A stretch of 64,000 nt of DNA from a virus. Its lineage: Duplodnaviria > Caudoviricetes. A program made the translations under genes and the position numbers. Under the pieces are notes generated by a model. That model was not told the origin of the DNA, ran no database searches, and was given only the letters and a program-made list of their open reading frames with translations. Shown here piece after piece: positions 53,373 through 61,022 of this stretch (the stretch's first letter is position 1; the number at the start of each line of letters is the position of its first letter). The DNA lies in IMG/VR virus record IMGVR_UViG_3300022876_000002; one strand, given 5' to 3'.

Positions 53373-54371
53373 ATGAGTTTACTGCAGTTCCTTGGGGTGG
53401 GTACAGTAACCGCCACCAAGGATACCGATAGCAACGAAGTCATGGTTTACTGCCCATTTCTTTTCCCGCAAGCAGAAGGCCGTATGTCGGCGAATGCGGA
53501 ACAAGTTGAACGGGTAAGTAAGAACGCCTATAATGAAGAAGTCCGCAGTGTCACTTTAAAGTCCAACAGTATTCCTGCTGTCTGGAAGAAAATGGATGAC
53601 TCCAACCGGATCAGTTCTCCTGACGTACGGGAGGGCACTCCGGTAGCTATTTATCACATTGCTGGCCAGAACCAGTACTACTGGACGCTGGATGGGGTTA
53701 ACCCTAATACGCTCCGTATGGAGACGGTGATGTATGGTTGGAACGCCAACCCTGAGGTCGAAGAAAACGGCGATTACGATGTAGACAACTTCTATATCTT
53801 CGCGATCGACACCCGCAGCGGGCTTGTCCAGTTCCGCACTAGCGAGCGCAATGGTGAAGCCTCCAAGTTTGACATCCAGATCAACACCAAAGACGGTACC
53901 ATTACAATTGGTGCCAAAAACCACAGCATGCTCAACCTGAACGACGTAGACCACTCGTTCACGTATACCAACGAAGAAGGTGCGTTACTTCGCATTGAAA
54001 AGAAAGAGGGTACGTTATACCTGCCAGATAAACTGTCTATCTTTGCAGATAATACGTTCAATCTGAAAACCAAACAGATCAATATCCAGGCTGAGGAAGC
54101 CAACATCGATATCGGTCTCACTCGGTGGAAAGGCAAAGTTGAACGTACTGGTGACACTAGTCAGATCGGTAACTGGGATTTGACTGGTAACTACGAACAA
54201 GTAGGCTTCTACCAACAAGAAGGTGACACTCGTCGTACTGGTAACTCGTATACCTCTGGCTTCGTATGGGGCTTCACTGATGTACGTACTATGACGGTTA
54301 GTCTTAACCTGCACTTGCACGGTGGTGTGCGTGGCGGTGAAGATACTACCAGTGTACCTTTGCCTAGCTGA
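53373..54371 (+). CDS. baseplate central spike (P2 gpV/phi92 gp138-like)
   Basis: N-terminal OB-like region, beta-helix repeats, apex motif LHLHGGVRGG..TTSVP (HxH iron site). Confidence 0.8.
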   Translation: MSLLQFLGVGTVTATKDTDSNEVMVYCPFLFPQAEGRMSANAEQVERVSKNAYNEEVRSVTLKSNSIPAVWKKMDDSNRISSPDVREGTPVAIYHIAGQNQYYWTLDGVNPNTLRMETVMYGWNANPEVEENGDYDVDNFYIFAIDTRSGLVQFRTSERNGEASKFDIQINTKDGTITIGAKNHSMLNLNDVDHSFTYTNEEGALLRIEKKEGTLYLPDKLSIFADNTFNLKTKQINIQAEEANIDIGLTRWKGKVERTGDTSQIGNWDLTGNYEQVGFYQQEGDTRRTGNSYTSGFVWGFTDVRTMTVSLNLHLHGGVRGGEDTTSVPLPS

Positions 54372-54381
54372 TATATCCTTA

Positions 54382-54416
54382 ACTACTCCTACCGGCGTAA
54401 AGCCGGTAGGAGTAGT
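54382..54416. terminator. bidirectional terminator, 15-bp arms
   Basis: actactcctaccggc-gtaaa-gccggtaggagtagt between convergent genes. Confidence 0.8.
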
Positions 54417-54424
54417 ACTGGGGT

Positions 54425-57325
54425 TTAAATGCGGTCGCGTTGAGTGAAGAACTTGTTGGTACCGTTTGCGCCATCGTCGGCGAAGAACGGAATCGCACCA
54501 CCCTGACGAGTAGCACTGATCACATGGTTGTTCAACACGATGTAGCTAGTGTTGGATTCCCAAATGCCGTTCTTGATCATCCCGATCATCACTTCGTTGT
54601 TGGACGATTCCCGCAGAGTCAGCGATGCGTTCACAAGGAACTTCATGCCGGTACGGATAAGGTACAAGTAGTAAGTGAGCGTAGGGTCAACTTGGATCTC
54701 GTAGCTACGGTCAGTTGCGAACGACCGTCCGTTGATCACCATCTTGGTACCCGCCGGGATAACCACAAACCCTACGTCGTTTGGATCGAACGGATCGATC
54801 TGGTCAGCAGGGTTAGCAACGTTGGTGCACAGCGTGTTGAAATCCGTGGCGTTTACCGGATCATACTGCCAGATGCCTTTACCAGGGATATTGAACGCAG
54901 GGTACAACTCATCCACTACGTCAATAGCCGAACTACCAGGGTACAGACGTGCTGGGTTAACAGCAACCATGGCAATCTCAGGCACAGCAGCGTTGAGACC
55001 GGTAATGGTGAAACTGATGTCACCATACAGTTTACCAAACGGACGGTTGATCACCACTGCATAGTTGTTGGTGGCTGTACGATGAATCAACATGTCGGAG
55101 AACTCAGATGTCAAGTTATCCCCAGACTTCGACTCACGGGACAGCCCCGGTACCGCAGTAGCGTCACCCAACAGTGCCGTAACCAGTTTCATGCCACTGC
55201 TGAAGTTCAGCGTAACAATCCCGTTGACGTTGGTGTAGTTGACAATGCCGCCCTCAACCGAACCCAGGCCATCCGAGAGGATGTACAGAGCCTTGTTGTT
55301 AGCTGGCAGCACATACACAGCAAACGAAGGCTTACGCAGGCTGTTGTTGATAGTCGGGCGACGTGTACGAGTACGCTCCAAGAACGCAGGGAGTAACCCT
55401 TTGATCTTGATCTGACTGGCCTTGCTAAGCTGTACTGGGTCACCCAAGATAAGCACGCCGTCGGCGTAGGTGAAACTGCTCACGGATTTGTAGCCATTCG
55501 CCTCAGTGAACACCAGCGGAGTATTCGACACGGAGTTGAGTGTCGTGGTGGTGTAACTCACAATACCGCTTGGGAAAAACTTGAGGTTATTGTTAGTCGT
55601 CACTTCTTCTGGTTGTTTAAGACCAGTCTTAGTGTCGATAACGTTACCCATCAGGTTGTTGGTAGCCCAAGAGATTTCTTTCCATCCGTACTGTGCAGTT
55701 TGCATGTTCAGACCGTATACCAAGTACATAGTCTTTGCTGCTACTTGCGAGATAGGGATAATCCGATCGGGCAACGACGTAAACGGACTGTGACGACCCG
55801 GTACATAGGTGGTCAGTGTCGCTTGGTTCATCGGTACCCGCGGGCGTGGACCTACCATCCACTCCAAGTGGTTAGCAAACGACGACTCGTATTTCTTCAC
55901 CTTGAGGCTGTACTTGGTAGTTTTGGACTTAATTACCGTCCCGTCATCCAAGATCATCCCTGGCGAGTGCACAGTAGAGTTGACATCCCACTGGTCACTT
56001 ACCGTAAAGAACGCAGCACCTACTGGATCAGACTTGTCAGCAGGGATTACATCCGGTGGGGCCTCAGAAACAATACTGATCGCTGCTTTACCACCAGCAC
56101 GTAAAGTACCAGGGATAATCGAAACGATAAAGTTCAAGGTGAGGTATTTGAGTGTTGCGTCTGAATACCGTACGTAGCAACCGATAGCCATGAACAGGTA
56201 AGCTTCACCGTCCTGGATGTTCCACACCAACGAGATGTTGTCAGTGGAGCGGTTACCACCACCGGTTAATGTAGCGCCTGCTGGCAAGGAGATAAACTGA
56301 CCGATGTCTATTGTGAAAGGGTCGTTGGCTGGTTGGTTAACCGCTGCACCTACAAATGGCTTAACCGATGCCATGTAAGTGTTATCCAACAAGTCCACCA
56401 GTGTCGGGTCAGTGTCCGGGGTGTTAACCTTGAAAAACCGCGGTTGTATCGTAACGACGTTACCGGTTCGGCTAGTGGAGACTCCCAGTCCTTTATAAGT
56501 AGCGCCAGCATACCCACGGAACAGCAGGTAAGCAATGGTAGCGTCACCAGCCAGTCCGGTAGTCTGGTTCTTGAAGTCGAAGATCTTTTTCTCCGGCAAC
56601 GGACGGAAGAAGTTTACTGTGCGTGCAGTAGTAGGACCTGCACTACTCCGCCACCCTCTAGGACGATACGTGCTGGAGATATTGCGGATCTCGGTCATGG
56701 GTACTTTGTCAAACGCCCGAGTAGGTCCGCTGAGGAAGCACGTGTTGCGCTGGTAGTTGGCAGTAGCGCGTGTAGTGGTGAACAGCAACCGATCCGAGTC
56801 CAAGAGGATACTTGGGTAAATATCGTTGGTTTCGGCCTTGGTGAAATACCGGGGAATCTCTACTGTACCGGGCAATGTAGTAGGGTAGTTGTTTTGGTAG
56901 TAGTAGGACGACATCTGCAACACGTCGTTCTGCTGGTAAGCCGTTTTGTCGTAAGTACCGGTGTTCTCGGTTACTGCTTGCTTGGCACCCTGCACCGTTA
57001 CAAAAGCATCTACGTCAGCGAAGGCTAACTGTTGTGCCAAGGTGGCTGCAGGGAAGTTATCCTTATTGCCAAGCCCTACGGTGGCTTTGTTTTCGCCATG
57101 CACAGGACCACGTGCGTTGATGTGCTCATCCATTGGCACTACTACTTCCTGAATGAACGAGTTCAGCGCGTCGGTAAAGCCTTGTAACTTAGCACTGGTG
57201 TCGCCGGAGAAGTTCTTGGTTTTCTCCTCCACGAAAAACGTGAGTTCGTTCATTTTCTCGATGACCCCACCGAACCGGGGGTTGGGGTCTTCGCTGAACG
57301 GTTGTGCTTCGTCAAATGTAAGCAT
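54425..57325 (-). CDS. putative tail fibre / baseplate-associated virion protein (paralog family)
   Basis: VHGENKATVGLGNKDNF anchor-like motif; C-terminal domain shared with the next two genes; start MLTFD after a GGAG RBS. Confidence 0.75.
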   Translation of the reverse strand: MLTFDEAQPFSEDPNPRFGGVIEKMNELTFFVEEKTKNFSGDTSAKLQGFTDALNSFIQEVVVPMDEHINARGPVHGENKATVGLGNKDNFPAATLAQQLAFADVDAFVTVQGAKQAVTENTGTYDKTAYQQNDVLQMSSYYYQNNYPTTLPGTVEIPRYFTKAETNDIYPSILLDSDRLLFTTTRATANYQRNTCFLSGPTRAFDKVPMTEIRNISSTYRPRGWRSSAGPTTARTVNFFRPLPEKKIFDFKNQTTGLAGDATIAYLLFRGYAGATYKGLGVSTSRTGNVVTIQPRFFKVNTPDTDPTLVDLLDNTYMASVKPFVGAAVNQPANDPFTIDIGQFISLPAGATLTGGGNRSTDNISLVWNIQDGEAYLFMAIGCYVRYSDATLKYLTLNFIVSIIPGTLRAGGKAAISIVSEAPPDVIPADKSDPVGAAFFTVSDQWDVNSTVHSPGMILDDGTVIKSKTTKYSLKVKKYESSFANHLEWMVGPRPRVPMNQATLTTYVPGRHSPFTSLPDRIIPISQVAAKTMYLVYGLNMQTAQYGWKEISWATNNLMGNVIDTKTGLKQPEEVTTNNNLKFFPSGIVSYTTTTLNSVSNTPLVFTEANGYKSVSSFTYADGVLILGDPVQLSKASQIKIKGLLPAFLERTRTRRPTINNSLRKPSFAVYVLPANNKALYILSDGLGSVEGGIVNYTNVNGIVTLNFSSGMKLVTALLGDATAVPGLSRESKSGDNLTSEFSDMLIHRTATNNYAVVINRPFGKLYGDISFTITGLNAAVPEIAMVAVNPARLYPGSSAIDVVDELYPAFNIPGKGIWQYDPVNATDFNTLCTNVANPADQIDPFDPNDVGFVVIPAGTKMVINGRSFATDRSYEIQVDPTLTYYLYLIRTGMKFLVNASLTLRESSNNEVMIGMIKNGIWESNTSYIVLNNHVISATRQGGAIPFFADDGANGTNKFFTQRDRI

Positions 57326-57374
57326 TCCCAGCTCCTGCAAATAAACTAGGTGCTGTACAAGCCACCTAGCTGGG

Positions 57375-60300
57375 TTAAGGTAAGAGTTCGCTTTGCTTAA
57401 GGAACACAAAGTCGCCGTCAACTTGTGGCTGGCCAGAGCTGACAGGAATGATCCCTCCCTTACGGTAGGAACTCAACTCGAGGTCACCAATCAAGAATGG
57501 TTGGAAACGTTCGATCGTCAGGATCTGTGTAGCACTTGTGGTAATCGTCGCCACATGCATACGTCGAGCGGAATGACGTAGCTTGGTATCAGAGATCAAG
57601 TAACGCCCCCGACGGTCCTCCAAGGTAACGTAAACGTAGAACGTTTTGTTGTATGGGGCTGAGTCGATATCCCGTAGGTCAATGCTGGTACCAGGAACAC
57701 TGTAAGGTGTGCCGTTTACCATCATGGTTACACCGTCTTGGAAGAACACGGTCCACCCTACCGCTGGATAGCCAGTAGGACCCATGTAGATGTCTACCGA
57801 GTTATCTGGGTTTGTCCTGCTGAAGACCCTACCTACACCACCAGTTGCCTCATAAGGTGGGATGGTGGTAGAGAAGGCTAACGTGCCGTTCTCTGTAGTG
57901 GTCCCGCCAACCCGGAAATCAGCAAGGCCGACTTTAGGAATGGGCACAGTCAAGTCACCTGGACTCCACCCTACACTGTGTGCCGTCATGGCCTCGAACT
58001 TGTTGGTCGTCGTGTTAATGACGAAGTACGAAGTTTGACGAGTGTAAATGGTACCGACCGAGTTAGTGCTGTACGGGAGAATGGAGAACCCTTGGATCAG
58101 GTTACCATCACGGTACATCTGCAGCGAACTCTGTGTCACAGCCCCTGGGATAACCAGTTGTTGTTCGGCCACCCGTACGTTAGCAGCAGACCGGTGTGCC
58201 GCTGACCGATCCAACTCAGTAATGTCTTTCAACAAATACACGTCAGGGTGATCAGCATTAGGGTTTTCTATGACCGGGCGGAACAGTACATGGATCAACC
58301 GCATGAAGGCTTTACTAGGGTCAGAGAACGAGATAATCGCCACACCCAAGTTAAGACCTTTGAATGCTCCTCCGGCGACATCTTGGAGCAGACTGATCGA
58401 AACACTCCATGGCAGGTAATCCGTATACTCAGCAGGGATCATTGCCTTGAACTTATCTAACAGATCCTGACGGCAACCGTAGAAAGTATCTGCTTTATAA
58501 GTAACCCGCTTAGCTGCTGTCTCGATGGTCTTCGAATGTGTGCGTGGGCACGAGAGGACCATGTTGTTCGCGGCAGGTGGTTTAAACAAGGCAGCACGGG
58601 GGAACAGATGTCTAGCTCCCATGCTGCTGTAACCCATGTACGAGAAAGACGTACTACCACACTCGGTATTACCTGCGGTCAACACAGCCGCAGACCCGCT
58701 CATGCCGATCGGTGGATCCTCATAAGTGAGGTTGGTGTTGAACACGTCGTTGGTTAATGGGCGAGACCGTACGTTGCTGTAGGTCAAGTTAGTTAACTCT
58801 GGACGTACCGCGTATGGACCAGTAACCGTGCGGAAAAACACCTTACGGTTGTTAGCAGCAAGGTCCTGTGCCATGTAGAGCTCGCCATCATCCTCGTATG
58901 TAGCGCGAGACGGAGTGGTACCACTGAGCAATGGAGACATAACTACTGGTACAACGTTCCTGGATACAGCAAGCGGGGCTGCTACCTTGTCCATGGGTTT
59001 GGTCATTACATCCGCACCGCTTACCCGGTCTGCGTAAATACAAACCGTCAAGGACCGTGGGAAATTCAAACCACTACCAGAAGTAGAGATCAGAATGTCC
59101 CCGTTATCCAGGATAGTCACCGAGGCGGTAGAGTTCTGGATAACAGCGTTGTAGAACTGACGATAGAACCGTTGCGACTGTGCGTCGCGTTGTGCCTGAG
59201 TGAGGTTAACGAAATCAACCTCGTTAGTAGGCGGTCGTGACGTTTCGATCAATGCCCCAGTAACTGGGTTGAGCTGGTAGGCTATTGAATACTCACCTTG
59301 AGCAGTTGCCTGCGCACCATTCACCAAACGAGAGGCGTTGGCATACATGATGAAGCAGATATACCCTAGGGCTGAGTTGGTGGCGTGCTTAGCAGCAAAG
59401 CACCCAGTACGGCCGTTCTTGTTAACCGCTGTTGCTGGTTGCAGGAACGTGGTAGGACCTACACGCTTGTAGCCAGCCTCAGGAGCAGCGCTCTGCCAAA
59501 CCCACGGACGATACGAGTCAGCATTGGTGTATTGCACACCATCGTAGTCCTTGTAGGTAACAGGCATGTGTACCCAAGTCGCATCAGAGGCGTTGGCCAA
59601 GGCAGACAATGGACACTTAAAGAAAGTACTGAGTTCGTTAATCCCAGCCCCGTTACCAATATGCAGGATGGCGTAGTCACCGACACGCAGGATGTTGGTA
59701 CGTGATTCGTTATCCTTGTAAGTAGTGCCTACCTTAGCCCAAACCGCAGTCATGTCCATTTTCACGAACTGATGGGCACTAGCCTCCAAAGTACCGTTAG
59801 CCAGTGCCAGGTAATACTCACTGGTAATCAGATCAGCTACCATTATCAGATCCGTGTTACTACCAGCGATTACCGTGGTAGGGGTAAAGCCACGCGAACT
59901 TAAAGAAGGTGCGTCATACTTAAAGCCAGTAAACACGATGTTGGCTTTGGTGGTGTCGTATTCCGTGCAATACGAGTAGTACAAACCAGCGTTACGTCCG
60001 TCGTTGTGCGCAGTTACCATCATCAGTAACCCGCTCTTTTCCAGAACGATAGCCGACGACACAGACAACCCACCTAAGCCTTCGAACGAACCACTGATAT
60101 TTGGTGGAATATAGGAATCCCCACCGTAACGACTGATAGGCATCACACCCATGTCCATCGAGTCATCAGTGTTTAACGTCGTGTCACCGATCATTGCCAT
60201 TACACCTTCCGGTGTAGCTAACAGATTGGCTGCGGTACCCACAACGTGATCCGCCAGGTTGCCGGTGGCGTAGTTGGGGTGTTTGTCCATTTCCGCCATG

Positions 60301-60977
60301 AGTTTGGTAAAGACATGGGGGTTGTTGTAGTTCAACGAGTGGTCATTAACACGAGTGTTCTGGGCGTCACGTAGTGCGTACAGCTGATCAAAGAAAGCCT
60401 TGATCGGGGTAGAGATCTGCTGCCATGGGCCGTATGGACGCTGCTGGATGCTCTTAGCAATATGAACGAAAAAGCTAGTCAGCTCAAACCAACCAGTCAA
60501 TTCCGTCTTGATGTTGTGGTAGTGTAGCCCAGCTGGAAACGTTAGCGGGAGATCAATGATCTGGTTCCAGTCGACTGTACGTCCTGGGGTCTTCACTTTC
60601 TCCAGCAAGTCCTTGAGACCGTTACGCACCACGAAGTAAGCGCCAGTAGACTGGTAGCTAACAAACACTTTAGTGTTCGCTGCTAATACAGCATCCGACA
60701 GCCTTACGAAGCACATGATAGGACGCCCAGTAACCGCTACGAGAGGGATAAACTCTTCCTCTACCCAGTAATCGGTGTCACGGGTTAAAGCTACGCCAGC
60801 GGCGTTGTAGACGGTTACAATGGGTACCCCATTTGCAGGGTAGTCGCCAAAGAAAGGAGAGCCATTCGGGATAACCCATGGACAGGTCTTATCCTCGATT
60901 AGGATCTCTTCCTTAACGACTTTGTTGTTGGGGTTAGTACCCCGTACATCGAAGTCTTTAATTACTTTAATATCCAC
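57375..60977 (-). CDS. putative tail fibre protein (1200 aa)
   Basis: HSLNYNNPH...HPNYAT, PPNISGSFEG, C-terminal SSYRKGGIIPVS; GTG start. Confidence 0.8.
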   Translation of the reverse strand: MDIKVIKDFDVRGTNPNNKVVKEEILIEDKTCPWVIPNGSPFFGDYPANGVPIVTVYNAAGVALTRDTDYWVEEEFIPLVAVTGRPIMCFVRLSDAVLAANTKVFVSYQSTGAYFVVRNGLKDLLEKVKTPGRTVDWNQIIDLPLTFPAGLHYHNIKTELTGWFELTSFFVHIAKSIQQRPYGPWQQISTPIKAFFDQLYALRDAQNTRVNDHSLNYNNPHVFTKLMAEMDKHPNYATGNLADHVVGTAANLLATPEGVMAMIGDTTLNTDDSMDMGVMPISRYGGDSYIPPNISGSFEGLGGLSVSSAIVLEKSGLLMMVTAHNDGRNAGLYYSYCTEYDTTKANIVFTGFKYDAPSLSSRGFTPTTVIAGSNTDLIMVADLITSEYYLALANGTLEASAHQFVKMDMTAVWAKVGTTYKDNESRTNILRVGDYAILHIGNGAGINELSTFFKCPLSALANASDATWVHMPVTYKDYDGVQYTNADSYRPWVWQSAAPEAGYKRVGPTTFLQPATAVNKNGRTGCFAAKHATNSALGYICFIMYANASRLVNGAQATAQGEYSIAYQLNPVTGALIETSRPPTNEVDFVNLTQAQRDAQSQRFYRQFYNAVIQNSTASVTILDNGDILISTSGSGLNFPRSLTVCIYADRVSGADVMTKPMDKVAAPLAVSRNVVPVVMSPLLSGTTPSRATYEDDGELYMAQDLAANNRKVFFRTVTGPYAVRPELTNLTYSNVRSRPLTNDVFNTNLTYEDPPIGMSGSAAVLTAGNTECGSTSFSYMGYSSMGARHLFPRAALFKPPAANNMVLSCPRTHSKTIETAAKRVTYKADTFYGCRQDLLDKFKAMIPAEYTDYLPWSVSISLLQDVAGGAFKGLNLGVAIISFSDPSKAFMRLIHVLFRPVIENPNADHPDVYLLKDITELDRSAAHRSAANVRVAEQQLVIPGAVTQSSLQMYRDGNLIQGFSILPYSTNSVGTIYTRQTSYFVINTTTNKFEAMTAHSVGWSPGDLTVPIPKVGLADFRVGGTTTENGTLAFSTTIPPYEATGGVGRVFSRTNPDNSVDIYMGPTGYPAVGWTVFFQDGVTMMVNGTPYSVPGTSIDLRDIDSAPYNKTFYVYVTLEDRRGRYLISDTKLRHSARRMHVATITTSATQILTIERFQPFLIGDLELSSYRKGGIIPVSSGQPQVDGDFVFLKQSELLP

Positions 60978-60997
60978 TGTAACACCTTGAAGGTTAA

Positions 60998-61016
60998 TAG
61001 GGGGCTAGGCCCCCTA
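60998..61016. terminator. hairpin tagggggc-tag-gcccccta
   Basis: between the tail-fibre paralogs. Confidence 0.6.
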
Positions 61017-61022
61017 CGGTGG

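Noticed and set aside
2878-61016. Palindromes as CRISPR repeats, REP elements or IS ends
   Set aside because: They are not identical, not regularly spaced, and have no spacers, cas gene or transposase in the window.
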